The position numbers were made by a program, and so were the translations under genes. 64,000 bases of DNA, taken from positions 850-64,849 of the forward strand of contig JBILRH010000001.1 of NCBI GenBank assembly GCA_044372715.1. The letters run 5' to 3'. This stretch comes from Sediminibacterium sp. GTDB taxonomy: Bacteria; Bacteroidota; Bacteroidia; Chitinophagales; Chitinophagaceae. Below, in pieces: positions 38,046-48,961 of this stretch. The notes beneath the pieces are model-generated. The model did not search any database. It saw only the letters and a program-made list of their open reading frames with translations, and had not been told where the DNA came from. How positions within the stretch are numbered: the first letter of the stretch is position 1; every line of letters begins with the position of its first letter.

Positions 38046-40817
38046 TTATTGTTCTGCTTTAATCCAAACAATTGAACTTACACCCCTTGCTACTCTTTGC
38101 GGTGGTTCGGCTGCTTGTGTAGGCGTTGTAGTTCTTAGTTCCGTAGTTGGCGGAGCAACTGCAATTCTGTTATTTCTCGCAAAGTTGGGTATTGCTGTTA
38201 AAGGAGTACCATCGGCCCAAGTTCCTTTAATAATCATTACCCCCCTAAGTAAGTCGTTTTGCCATTCGGCATACAATGGTAATTTTCCAATTGGCTTGTC
38301 TATATCAGATTGATCTGCTTTTTCTACATTATACACCAATGGACCATAGCGCAATGCAACTCTACCTCGATCAGCTTCAATTCTTTGATCAGCTGTAAAT
38401 CGTTGAACTTCCATCGGCATTTCTAATTCAATTTTATCACCAGCTTTCCATTTACGATTAATAATTGCATAGCCTTTATCTATTTTATAATTAACTATTT
38501 TACCATTCACTTTCAAAAATTTCAACCCTTTTACTTCTTTATCTGGAGTATATAATTCGCTGGTAGTTCTATTGGGTATACGCACATTTACAGCAAATTC
38601 CTTAGATACTTTAGGATTAACAGTAATCAATACATTTCCTTTCCAAGGATAATCTGTTTTCTGAACCATTTCTACATTTGTTCCCGCCACTTTTTCTACA
38701 TTAATAGTACTACCCATAAATAGATTTACATAAATGGCCTTATCGCCAGTTACATAAGTCCAGGTAGGAACCATCAATAAAGTGCGTGGAATATTACCTA
38801 CACAACAAGGGCAAACATGCCATGGATCGCGAGCTTGTCCTGATGCCAATGCATTGGTATAATAAAAATTCTTTCCCTCTAAATCGAGCGAACCCAATAA
38901 TGCATTATACATAGTTTCTTCATATAAATCAGCATAGCGTGCATCGTGATAAGCAAGATTCATTTTATATTGAAAGAAAATTAAACCTGCACTTGAACAA
39001 GATTCGCAATAAGCATTATTTCGTAAAGAATAATTTCCACCAAATCCCTCAGAGGTTTCTCCACTTCCTATGCCACCAGTAAAATAATATTTCTTATTCA
39101 CTAAGTTATTCCATAAAGACATCACGGCACTTTGGTAATCTACATCTCCAGTTTCTGCAGCAATATCGGCCATTGCAGAATAATTATAAGTTGCTCTAAC
39201 TGCATGCCCCACTGCTTCATATTGTTCTTGAACAGGAACATGACTTTGATCATACTCACTTCCATCTTTACGACTATCTAGCAAGAATTTCGATAGTTTC
39301 ACATAACTATCTCCTCTTCCATTACCTTCCATATCATTTACAAAACGGCCAAAGCGTACCAATGCTTGCTCCATTTCTTGATGGCCATCATACCATTCTT
39401 TTTTTCCGGCACCAATACCAATATTATTAACCCAACAATCTGCAAGCTTTTTAGCAGCTTCATATAAACGCTTATCTTTTCCATTGGTAAGTGTGTAATG
39501 ATTGATAGCCGATTCAATAAAATAGCCTGCAACATATCCTTCATGATCTCCACGGTTTCTTGGCGACCATCTTTCTTTCCATCGAGTTGTATCTCTTAAA
39601 GTATAAGCAGTATGCAGATAACCATCTTTTTCTTGAGCAGCTAAAATAATGGGGATCCATTTTTCTAAGGTGGCTTGCATTTTAGTTTGTGCAGCAATTA
39701 TCTCTTTATCACCTTGAGGATCTACCATTAAAGCAATACAAATTGATTCAACAGTTTGATGCACCCATGCGTTGGAGAATACATAACCTTTATGCCGAGT
39801 ATGAGTTTCACCTCTCAAAGCTTTTGCAGCTTCTATAAAATTATCAATACCACCTTCTCCCATTTTTAAATCGGTACGCTCATTCTGATCTATGCAATAA
39901 GGTATCCAACTGGTGATCATGGCCTTAGCACGATCATTCCACAATTTGCTATCAATCTTATATCGTTTGGTATAAACAACATCTAAACGTTTTTCTTTAG
40001 GAGGCTCATGTACCTTAACTTTAACAGAAGAGGTTTGAGACAAGGTTCCGTCGGAAGCAGTTAATGCAAGTACATAATCGCCCACGGCAGAAAAACTGGC
40101 TGTTCCTTTAACTTTATCTCCACCAACAAACTGCACAGCACCAGGGCCAGAAACTTTTTTCCATTCAATTTTGCTTACTGGAAAAACAGATCGAACAGTG
40201 GCTGATAAGTAAGTTTTACCATTAATCATTACATCTCGATCTAACCCTGCATTTACAACAGGGGCCGGACTAGCAGAATTATCGGTTTTGTAAACCGCCC
40301 ATTCTAGTAAGGTCATCACACCACGATCAGCAGAATCTAATTCAATCCGCATACGAGTTGTTTTTACTTCTTTAAAACTCGTTAAGTTCATTTGATTGTT
40401 TACTTTACCCATTCCCTGCATATTCTCAACAGGCAAGAACGCAGTTCCATTCCAATAAGAAATTCTATAATTCTCGGGTAATCGCGTATTATTATTAAAG
40501 TTCCACCAATACAAACCGATCTCCCCTGTAGTTACAGGTTCTTCCCAATCATATTGCACCCAAATATTGGTGCGAGGTTGAGGCCGATTAAAGCCTGTGC
40601 CTCCACCACCTGTACGGGCATTCCCAATATTCACGGGGGTTAGTCCATCATTTAATCCATTCATATTTCCCCCACCACCTCTACTAATACTCGCTTTTGC
40701 CACAATTGCCAAATTAGGTTTACTCAGTGAAGTGCTTTGTGCAATTGCCATCTGTACAAAACCTATCAAGAACATGATTTGTAATAGTCCGGTAAAAATT
40801 GATTGAGACTTTTTCAT
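38046..40817 (-). CDS. GH127 beta-L-arabinofuranosidase with N-terminal discoidin-like and PKD-like domains
   Basis: HEGY, GHQEME.AL, YDQSH, AVGHAVRA, ESC, CPCC (Zn-Cys3 site). Confidence 0.9.
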   Translation of the reverse strand: MKKSQSIFTGLLQIMFLIGFVQMAIAQSTSLSKPNLAIVAKASISRGGGGNMNGLNDGLTPVNIGNARTGGGGTGFNRPQPRTNIWVQYDWEEPVTTGEIGLYWWNFNNNTRLPENYRISYWNGTAFLPVENMQGMGKVNNQMNLTSFKEVKTTRMRIELDSADRGVMTLLEWAVYKTDNSASPAPVVNAGLDRDVMINGKTYLSATVRSVFPVSKIEWKKVSGPGAVQFVGGDKVKGTASFSAVGDYVLALTASDGTLSQTSSVKVKVHEPPKEKRLDVVYTKRYKIDSKLWNDRAKAMITSWIPYCIDQNERTDLKMGEGGIDNFIEAAKALRGETHTRHKGYVFSNAWVHQTVESICIALMVDPQGDKEIIAAQTKMQATLEKWIPIILAAQEKDGYLHTAYTLRDTTRWKERWSPRNRGDHEGYVAGYFIESAINHYTLTNGKDKRLYEAAKKLADCWVNNIGIGAGKKEWYDGHQEMEQALVRFGRFVNDMEGNGRGDSYVKLSKFLLDSRKDGSEYDQSHVPVQEQYEAVGHAVRATYNYSAMADIAAETGDVDYQSAVMSLWNNLVNKKYYFTGGIGSGETSEGFGGNYSLRNNAYCESCSSAGLIFFQYKMNLAYHDARYADLYEETMYNALLGSLDLEGKNFYYTNALASGQARDPWHVCPCCVGNIPRTLLMVPTWTYVTGDKAIYVNLFMGSTINVEKVAGTNVEMVQKTDYPWKGNVLITVNPKVSKEFAVNVRIPNRTTSELYTPDKEVKGLKFLKVNGKIVNYKIDKGYAIINRKWKAGDKIELEMPMEVQRFTADQRIEADRGRVALRYGPLVYNVEKADQSDIDKPIGKLPLYAEWQNDLLRGVMIIKGTWADGTPLTAIPNFARNNRIAVAPPTTELRTTTPTQAAEPPQRVARGVSSIVWIKAEQ

Positions 40818-40851
40818 GATGTACCTTTTAAATTTGATTTATTTTGATTTA

Positions 40852-40893
40852 AAAGGGCAAGACCTACAATAAAAGTTGTAGACCCTGCCCTTT
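40852..40893 (-). terminator. Hairpin downstream of SusD
   Basis: AAAGGGCA..CTACAA/TTGTAG..TGCCCTTT; A-C mismatches become G-U on the minus strand. Confidence 0.6.
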
Positions 40894-40922
40894 AGATTAT
40901 AACCAACAATGAAAAGAATAAC

Positions 40923-42509
40923 TTAATACCCTGTATTTTGTTTTAAGTTCAAATTAACCAACAATGAGTTAGCTGGAATTGGAAATATATTTCTAAATGT
41001 TGCAGATGGTTTATGAGAAAACCAACTTTTTCTGTGAAATACTCCGAATCGAATTAGGTCCTGACGGCGTTTCGCTTCAGCAGCAAATTCCCACCCCAAT
41101 TCATCCAACATTCTTCCAAATGGTATATCTGCGCCTCCCTCAACGGTTGTTTGTGCACCATTAGCCCATTCACCATAAGAATACCTACTTCCTAGTTGCA
41201 ATTGAGCAGCTGTTACAGTTGCTTTAGTAGGATTAGAGGCAAAATTTCTAGCACGAACCTGTGTAACAATTGTTGCTGCTTCAGCCGCATTCCCTGTACG
41301 AAGAAGAGATTCGGCTTTCATTAATAAAACATCTGCATATCGCATTAATGGAAAATCTACACTTGAACCTCCGCGCATGCCTGCTTTAATTTCATACTTA
41401 CCAATACGAAAACCTTGACTATTTGTACTAGATGCTATGCTAGTAACTGTTTTAACATAGTCAATCACTAAAGCACCTGTTGTAGCATTGTATTGTGGCC
41501 CCATAATCCAAGTATCTCTTAATCTTCTATCATCTGGATCATAAGTATCAATAAACTGAGGTACCGCACAGTTGCCCCCCCATGGCTGCACTTGCATTGG
41601 ATATACCAACTGCATTAATGGATCTAATGTTTTCATGTGTATATTACTCTCTGTAGCATTAATCTCATCATATGGAACAGCAAAAACGATCTCTTTAGAA
41701 TTTTCGTTGGTTGAAGTAAAGTTCTCTTTGTAAGTGGGTGTTAAAGTATAAGCATTTGACGCAATGACATCATTACACTCTTGCACACATTTAGCCCACT
41801 GTGCTGTTCCTGTATAAACTTCTGCATTTAAATAAACCCTTGCCAAAAAAGATTTAGCTGCCCATCGGGTCATTCGACCGTATGTTGCTCTAGAAACATC
41901 AGTAGATAAATTAGGCATAGATTCTGTAAATTCTTTAACAACAAAGTCGTATACCTGCTGACGAGTTCTCTGAACCGGTAAACTTGTATCTTTAAAATCA
42001 ATTACAATAGGAACATTCCCATGGTTATCTAGTAAAAGATAATAATAGTAAGCTCTTGCAGCTCTTAATTCCGCGATTATAGCATCTTTACCTGTGGAGA
42101 TAGGAATCTCGCCTGAGCCAATCTGATACAACACTCTATTTGCGTTATTGATCCCTGTATAACAACGGTTATACAAACCATTAGGCTGTCCTTGTGTAGG
42201 TGTCCATGTATGTTCATGCATTCTTCTGTAAGTTCCGCCATCAACCCAACCGTTCGGTCGAGCAGGAGTAACAATCTGATCAGCGGCTTCTTCTTGCAGA
42301 TCAAATAATCCTTGCCAGCTGGCTGTGTTTGCTCGCAATACTGTATATACAGGTGCAATCAATGCAGGCACATCCTGAGCCGTAGCTTGGAAATTTTGTG
42401 CAAGTACTTCAGAATATACTTTCTCGTCTAATTTTGTACAACTATTAAGGATCATCATTCCAGCCAGCGCCGCTGCAAGAATCCACTTTTTACTATAATA
42501 TATTTTCAT
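40923..42509 (-). CDS. SusD/RagB nutrient-binding lipoprotein
   Basis: LNSC lipobox, ELRAARAYYY, HGNVPI, MRYADVLLMKAE, ELGWEFAAEAKRRQDLIRFG. Confidence 0.93.
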   Translation of the reverse strand: MKIYYSKKWILAAALAGMMILNSCTKLDEKVYSEVLAQNFQATAQDVPALIAPVYTVLRANTASWQGLFDLQEEAADQIVTPARPNGWVDGGTYRRMHEHTWTPTQGQPNGLYNRCYTGINNANRVLYQIGSGEIPISTGKDAIIAELRAARAYYYYLLLDNHGNVPIVIDFKDTSLPVQRTRQQVYDFVVKEFTESMPNLSTDVSRATYGRMTRWAAKSFLARVYLNAEVYTGTAQWAKCVQECNDVIASNAYTLTPTYKENFTSTNENSKEIVFAVPYDEINATESNIHMKTLDPLMQLVYPMQVQPWGGNCAVPQFIDTYDPDDRRLRDTWIMGPQYNATTGALVIDYVKTVTSIASSTNSQGFRIGKYEIKAGMRGGSSVDFPLMRYADVLLMKAESLLRTGNAAEAATIVTQVRARNFASNPTKATVTAAQLQLGSRYSYGEWANGAQTTVEGGADIPFGRMLDELGWEFAAEAKRRQDLIRFGVFHRKSWFSHKPSATFRNIFPIPANSLLVNLNLKQNTGY

Positions 42510-42533
42510 AATTGATCATTTTAATTTTTCAGA

Positions 42534-45509
42534 TTACAATGTTATTAATGCACCAAAAGTAAATGTTCTTGTTGTTGGATATTTATCACGCTCATCATTT
42601 CCGGGAGCTAATCCATTTCTACTTACTTCAGGATCAATTCCTTTATAACCAGTGATAGTAAATAAATTCAGACCTGATGCGTAAAAACGAAGCGACTTTA
42701 TATATTTTTTACTCTTTAAATTTACGTTGTAACCAATCGTAATATTATCTACTTTCCAATAGTCGCCATCCTCAATATAATAGCTAACATAAGCCTGAGG
42801 ATTTTTCAACCTGGTTTTGTTATATACATTATCAAATGCAGATTTAAGTACGTTGTAATTACCTAAAATCTGAGGTTGCGAGTTCTCATAAAACATGCGT
42901 TGGAAATTTAAGATCTGAAAGCCAAATGCACCACGCATTAATACACTCAAATCCCAATTCTTGTAACGTACTGTGTTATTCCAACCTGCATAATACTTAG
43001 GCAATCCGTTGCCCAGAATTTGTTTATCTTCCTGACGAGCCTGGGCATACGGTTTTGGCTTACCATCTGCTCCCTCGATGATCCATAGACCATTTGCATC
43101 TATATCTACTGACTTATATCCATGAAAATTGCCAATTGGACCCCCGATATCTACCCTGTGGGTGTAGTCCTGAATAGGCTCGCCAGTTCCGCCAGCAGTA
43201 AAGAAATTTGCAGTTGTTCTAAATTTATTATTTGATAAGGAAACCAATTTGTTGGTGTTGGTTGAGAAGTTAATACTTGTTTCCCAAGAGAAGTCTTTCT
43301 TTTGGATAGCATTATAGTTAATCAATACTTCCACCCCCTTATTTTCCATTACGCCTACATTTGCAAGAATACTATTGAATAAGTATGGAGGAACAGGAAC
43401 GCTATAGTTATATAACATGTCACGTGTTGTTCTCTTATAAATATCAATGGTTGTGCTCAACTTTCCACCAAGAACTGAAAGATCAATACCAAAATTGGTC
43501 TCTTCTTTTCTCTCCCACTTTAGATCTGGATTTGGGTTACGTACTGGAGCCAAAGATTGGATCCAAACACCATTATTTAAAAAACGGCTACCATAGTTCA
43601 AGCTAGTTTGAGATAAATATGCCGCTGTCGGGGCAATACCAGTTACCCCGAATCCAGCTCTTAATTTTAAGTCTGTGATGAATTTTACATTACGCATGAA
43701 TGATTCATTCTTGATACGCCATGCGCCAGAGATAGCAGGGAAAGTACCCCACTTGTTATTTTCACCAAATTTAGAAGAACCTTCACGGCGTATACTCGCA
43801 GATAAAAGATATTTATCTGCATAGTTATAATTGATACGGCCAAAGAAACCGATTAGTTTACTTTCTTCTGCAGTACTACTCATACTTGCTTCTCCACGAG
43901 CGAGTGCATTACCTGCCTGAAGTCGATTGTATGAATATTGATCAGTGGGGAAATCCCAGTTTGAAACTGAAAAGCTCTCATCAAAAAAATCTTGATAACT
44001 ATAGCCACCCAATGCTACCAAACGATGCTTACCAAAACTCTTGGCATAATCTACAGTGAACTCCATTAAATTATCATTACCGGCACTTGTACCTCTAGAA
44101 GCATTCCCATTTCTTCCGTTTTTAGTAGTAGAAATATGTTGTTTGGTTTCTGAAAAACCAGATAAAGATTCTGTCTTAACACTTGCCAATAACAACTTGG
44201 CATTCAATCCACGTGCCAAATTAGCGGTTATGCTTCCTGATAAACGAGTTTCCTGAGATTCATTTCTAGCTATGGTTTCATTAATATATCCCAGTGGATT
44301 ATCATAGAAATAAATATTTCTTTCTTTCCATTGACCTCTGAAATCTCTTACACTATCTGTTGGATTTCGAATAACAGATTGACGATAGATATAATTGTTA
44401 AAACCGCCATCATCATTACGTTGACGGCTGATCACATTAAGGTTGACTTTCACCTTACCTTCAAACATACTATGATTAATATCTGCACGCAATGTTAACT
44501 GTCGATTCACAGACTTAAGGAACATACCCTCCCAGTCTCTATAATTGATATTGGCAGTATAACTTGTTTGCCTGTTTCCACCTTGAAAAGTAAGATTATG
44601 AGTTTGGCTGAATGGTGTAGGTCGTGCGATTTCTTTGAACCAATCCGTATTCATACCATAATCAATAAATGGTAAACCTTCTCTTCCATACTGACGAAAT
44701 TCTTCGGCATTTAAGAATCTTGGACGTCTTGCAATGGTCTGAACACTTCCATACCCATTATATTCTACAACAGATCTGCCTGAACCTTGAATTTTACGAG
44801 TGGTAATTAATATTACCCCATTAGAACCTCTAGTGCCATAAATAGCAGCCGCAGAGCCATCTTTCAGAACATCCATCGACTCAATATCCTCCGGAGAAAC
44901 AGAATTCAAATTTCCTGGAACCCCATCGATCAAAATAAGAGGTGCAGTAGAAGCATTTAGAGTAGTAATACCTCTTAATTGAATCTGTGTTGTAGCTGTT
45001 GGAGAACCCGAAGAAGTAGATACAGATAAGCCAGCTACTTTTCCTTGAATCAATTGAGCAGCATCTCGAACAAATCCTTTTATAAAATTTTCTTGTTTAA
45101 CACTTGATACAGCACTAGTAAGATCGCCTTTCTTTTGTGTACCATAACCAACCACTACCACTTCATCCAAACTGTTGATATCTTTGTTTAATTTTACATT
45201 AAGCGCATTAACCCCGCGCACAGGTAAAGTAAGGGTTACATATCCTATATAAGAAATATCCAACAAAGCATCATCTGAAGGAACTGTGATGCTAAACTTA
45301 CCTTCGGCATCGGAAATAGTGCTTGTTGAACTGTTCTTAATAGAAATGGTAGCTCCCTGAAGAGGACCACCTGAAGTAGCATCGGTAACCATACCTGAAA
45401 TTGCACGTGCTAGCGAATTACTAAAGTAGGGTGAATTTTCGTTGTTTGCATAAACACCGTTCACTACTACAAGAAAAGCGAGAAAAAAATAGATTAGGAG
45501 TTTTTTCAT
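42534..45509 (-). CDS. SusC/RagA TonB-dependent transporter
   Basis: LDEVVVVGYGTQ, DIESMDVLKDGSAAAIYGTRGSNGVI, NPDLKWE, YPTTRTF; start set to the ATG at 45509. Confidence 0.94.
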   Translation of the reverse strand: MKKLLIYFFLAFLVVVNGVYANNENSPYFSNSLARAISGMVTDATSGGPLQGATISIKNSSTSTISDAEGKFSITVPSDDALLDISYIGYVTLTLPVRGVNALNVKLNKDINSLDEVVVVGYGTQKKGDLTSAVSSVKQENFIKGFVRDAAQLIQGKVAGLSVSTSSGSPTATTQIQLRGITTLNASTAPLILIDGVPGNLNSVSPEDIESMDVLKDGSAAAIYGTRGSNGVILITTRKIQGSGRSVVEYNGYGSVQTIARRPRFLNAEEFRQYGREGLPFIDYGMNTDWFKEIARPTPFSQTHNLTFQGGNRQTSYTANINYRDWEGMFLKSVNRQLTLRADINHSMFEGKVKVNLNVISRQRNDDGGFNNYIYRQSVIRNPTDSVRDFRGQWKERNIYFYDNPLGYINETIARNESQETRLSGSITANLARGLNAKLLLASVKTESLSGFSETKQHISTTKNGRNGNASRGTSAGNDNLMEFTVDYAKSFGKHRLVALGGYSYQDFFDESFSVSNWDFPTDQYSYNRLQAGNALARGEASMSSTAEESKLIGFFGRINYNYADKYLLSASIRREGSSKFGENNKWGTFPAISGAWRIKNESFMRNVKFITDLKLRAGFGVTGIAPTAAYLSQTSLNYGSRFLNNGVWIQSLAPVRNPNPDLKWERKEETNFGIDLSVLGGKLSTTIDIYKRTTRDMLYNYSVPVPPYLFNSILANVGVMENKGVEVLINYNAIQKKDFSWETSINFSTNTNKLVSLSNNKFRTTANFFTAGGTGEPIQDYTHRVDIGGPIGNFHGYKSVDIDANGLWIIEGADGKPKPYAQARQEDKQILGNGLPKYYAGWNNTVRYKNWDLSVLMRGAFGFQILNFQRMFYENSQPQILGNYNVLKSAFDNVYNKTRLKNPQAYVSYYIEDGDYWKVDNITIGYNVNLKSKKYIKSLRFYASGLNLFTITGYKGIDPEVSRNGLAPGNDERDKYPTTRTFTFGALITL

Positions 45510-45976
45510 AAAGCAAGCGTTTAAATTAATCGTCATAATGACAATTAAAGCTATTTTAAAAGAACAACTGTTCAAGCTTGTATTTTAACAAATACTAAAC
45601 ATATTTTAACCTTTTGGGGGAATTACCTCTAAAGGGTAGCTTAATTGAAGGAATTTTTAGGCGCTACCTAAAACGATAACAAATTAGACAACCAATGATA
45701 CAATCAAAAAATATCATTCACTATATCAGTTTAATCATCGATCAAATTATAAGGTGCAACGATGATAGTTCTTGGATTTTTATTCTGATACAGAAAAAAC
45801 CTGGCACCTAGACCCTTACAAAGGCTTTATATATCAGCATATTGGATTAAGGAATAATTAGATAGTGTATTTATGTATTTCTCATGCAAATTATTTTCAA
45901 ATCAGCTTCTTAGTGGCTAGAGTGGATCGTTACCTGATTGGATAATTCTACCTATTATCTATTGAAAAAATAGTAC

Positions 45977-47209
45977 TTAGCGATTCCGCACGCTCTTTAA
46001 ATACTGCTGAGTAGCATCAGAATATATACCAATCAGGTGTGAACGTACCAGATTATCGATTTGTCCGGATTGTTTTTCGGTTCCTAATTTAATTAATTTA
46101 GAAGGCTTAGAAGGCATATGGCAATCAATGCAATTATTTACTATGGTAGATCCTACTTTATCTTTAAATGAACAAAATTGTTCTGTATTCAGTGGATGAC
46201 AATTCATACAGCGCGTAGATAATAATTGTAGATTGTTCCTTTCAGTTTGATGTGGATCATGACAAGAACTACAGGTTATTGTCTGAATTGCGCCTTTATA
46301 ACATTTACTACCCAACAATAGTTGATACTGATTACCATGTACATCTAAACTTTCAATATCATGCTGAACGGTATCGGGTTTGTAAAAATCTTTAAACAAA
46401 TTCCCTGGCCTAAATAGAAAAGGAGAGCGTATCGGCTCTCTTAACCCAGAATGACAAGTTGCGCAACTTTCTATTTGCTGTAGATTATTGGCAGACATAT
46501 ATGAGTGAATGTATTTGGCTTTTTTTTCCATTGGATTTTCTTGCTGATAAGCAGCATGCGCGGCTGCAGGTCCATGACACCTTTCACAGTCTATGCCAAC
46601 AATCAGAGAGTTTTTATTGAATGCATCAACACGATAGCCTTTTTCTTCTCTCATACCTGTTCTTTCAATAAAAGAACTATGACATTCAAAACAACCAATC
46701 GGTATAACTCTATCAAAGCGAATATGATCCGTAGGGTAATTTGGACTGTTCACCCAAGTTTTTCCAATTACTGAATAACTTATTGGTAACTGATAAACAT
46801 TATCACCCTGCCAATATAAAAATGTTTGTGCTTTTCGTCCGGATCCAATCACTAGATCAAAAGGGAAAGAGGCTTTTTGAATTCCATCTTCATATGCTGT
46901 TTGAAAAAAACCTCCCTTATTTTGTTCCATCAAAACCTTCAGATTGTCACGGTAATGATATTGGTTACTATCTGTATGAAAGCTTCCTTTGATATTTAAA
47001 TCATTGGCAAGACTGGTGGTCTTATTATGGGCTGAATGAACATAGGCCTTAGCAATATCAGCATGACAACTTACGCAAGCACTAGATCCCGCATAAGCAA
47101 CACCTCTGGGATCTTGTGAAAAGACTGTTTTATCTTGAACACAATACTGGAACAAAACTATTGCTGCAATTAGACAGAAAAAGACTCGAAACCATTTTTG
47201 CGTGAACAT
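45977..47209 (-). CDS. Multiheme c-type cytochrome (7 CxxCH)
   Basis: CVSCH, CFECH, CERCH, CATCH, CSSCH, CMNCH, CIDCH; N-terminal signal or anchor; YAGSSAC, IGSG and CERCHGP typical of c554-like multihemes. Confidence 0.88.
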   Translation of the reverse strand: MFTQKWFRVFFCLIAAIVLFQYCVQDKTVFSQDPRGVAYAGSSACVSCHADIAKAYVHSAHNKTTSLANDLNIKGSFHTDSNQYHYRDNLKVLMEQNKGGFFQTAYEDGIQKASFPFDLVIGSGRKAQTFLYWQGDNVYQLPISYSVIGKTWVNSPNYPTDHIRFDRVIPIGCFECHSSFIERTGMREEKGYRVDAFNKNSLIVGIDCERCHGPAAAHAAYQQENPMEKKAKYIHSYMSANNLQQIESCATCHSGLREPIRSPFLFRPGNLFKDFYKPDTVQHDIESLDVHGNQYQLLLGSKCYKGAIQTITCSSCHDPHQTERNNLQLLSTRCMNCHPLNTEQFCSFKDKVGSTIVNNCIDCHMPSKPSKLIKLGTEKQSGQIDNLVRSHLIGIYSDATQQYLKSVRNR

Positions 47210-47512
47210 CTATTACTGATTAGAATTTAACCTCTATTTAATTTATAATTCTCAGCTAAGGGTTACCAATCTATTAATGAAAAAAATAATTATCATATTC
47301 ATCAATATAATTAAAATTCAGCTTTATCATTTAAAACTACTTCAATCAGTTAAATTCAATTGTAAGAATATTAACTCATAATACCTCTATTTTGATCATT
47401 ATTCAAATAGGTTAAATACATGGTAGAAATGGTTCATACATGGCAATACTATTTAAGTTAATATTAAATATCTTTAATTGGAATTAATGTTGATTTATTT
47501 AACAAAACACTT

Positions 47513-48916
47513 ATGTCTTCAAATACACAGTTCAAACCTTCTTTAAAACTTTTTGATGCAACAATGATTGTTGCTGGATCGATGATAGGATCAGGCATTT
47601 TCATAGTAAGCGCCGATATCACCAGAAATGTAGGCAGTGCAGGTTGGCTGATGATTGTATGGATAATCACAGGATTTATGACCATTGCCGCTGCACTGAG
47701 TTATGGAGAACTAAGTGCTATGTTTCCAAAAGCTGGTGGACAATATATTTACTTAAAAGAAGCCTATAATCCACTAATGGCATTTTTATTTGGCTGGAGT
47801 TTTTTTTCGGTCATTCAAACAGCTACTATAGCTGCTGTTGCTGTTGCTTTTGCAAAGTTTACTGCATACCTATTTCCATTTTTCAGTGAAGATATCATCG
47901 CTTTTGATGCTGGTTTTATAACTATTTCGAGGGCTCAATTGCTTTCGATTTTTGTTATTATTGCCCTGACTTACATCAATACCAAAGGCATACAAAGTGG
48001 CAAGTTGATTCAAACAACATTCACAACTGTTAAACTCTTGAGCCTATTTGGTTTAATTCTATTTGGACTGCTCGCTTTTAAAACTGAAGTATGGAACGCT
48101 AACTGGAGCGATGCTTGGAAATTAAAACCGCTTTTAGCCGATGGCACACTTGGAACCTATACAACATTTGCGGCATTAGGAGCTATAGCCGCTTCGATGG
48201 TTGGCTCTATTTTCAGCAGCGACTCATGGAACAATGTTACATTTATTGCAGGTGAAATAAAAAATCCTCAACGCAATATAGGCTTAAGTCTTTTTTTAGG
48301 TACATTAATTGTTACCATTATTTACTTACTTACGAATATCACTTATACTGCACTACTCCCATTGCAGGAAATAGCTACCTCTGCAAAAGACAGAGTAGGT
48401 GTTTCTGCTTCTAATGTGATTTTCGGTCAGGCAGGAACTATTATCATTGCGATCATGATCATGATTTCTACATTTGGTTGTAATAATGGGATCATACTTG
48501 CCGGTGCACGTGTTTATTATACTATGGCAAAAGATAAACTTTTCTTTTCAAAAGCCAGTATATTAAACAAAAATCAGGTTCCTAGTTATGCTTTATGGCT
48601 ACAATGTATTTTTGCATGTGGCTGGAGTTTAAGTGGCAAATACGGTCAATTACTAGATATGATTTCCTTTGTAGTTGTTGGATTTTACATGTTAACAATT
48701 GCAGGCATTTTCATTCTAAGAAAAAAAATGCCCGATGCTCCTCGCCCCTATAAAGCATTTGGTTATCCTTATTTACCCATCATCTATATTTTAATGGGAC
48801 TAAGCTTTTGCATATTGCTCATTATTTTTAAACCAGCATTTACTTGGCCTGGTTTAGTTATTACTTTATTGGGTATTCCAATTTATTTTATAATAAGAAA
48901 AAAGAAGGCAGCATAA
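47513..48916 (+). CDS. APC-family amino acid permease
   Basis: GSMIGSGIF, YGELSAMFPKAGGQYIYL, GEIKNP, RPYKAFGYP; ~12 TM helices. Confidence 0.92.
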   Translation: MSSNTQFKPSLKLFDATMIVAGSMIGSGIFIVSADITRNVGSAGWLMIVWIITGFMTIAAALSYGELSAMFPKAGGQYIYLKEAYNPLMAFLFGWSFFSVIQTATIAAVAVAFAKFTAYLFPFFSEDIIAFDAGFITISRAQLLSIFVIIALTYINTKGIQSGKLIQTTFTTVKLLSLFGLILFGLLAFKTEVWNANWSDAWKLKPLLADGTLGTYTTFAALGAIAASMVGSIFSSDSWNNVTFIAGEIKNPQRNIGLSLFLGTLIVTIIYLLTNITYTALLPLQEIATSAKDRVGVSASNVIFGQAGTIIIAIMIMISTFGCNNGIILAGARVYYTMAKDKLFFSKASILNKNQVPSYALWLQCIFACGWSLSGKYGQLLDMISFVVVGFYMLTIAGIFILRKKMPDAPRPYKAFGYPYLPIIYILMGLSFCILLIIFKPAFTWPGLVITLLGIPIYFIIRKKKAA

Positions 48917-48961
48917 AAAAATCATCAGTAATTAAGTTGAAAAATCGCGTATTTTTTATTT

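Noticed and set aside
45720-45965. Short inverted repeats upstream of the second SusC
   Set aside because: Only 6-9 bp blocks with wobbles in AT-rich DNA; not distinguishable from chance by eye.
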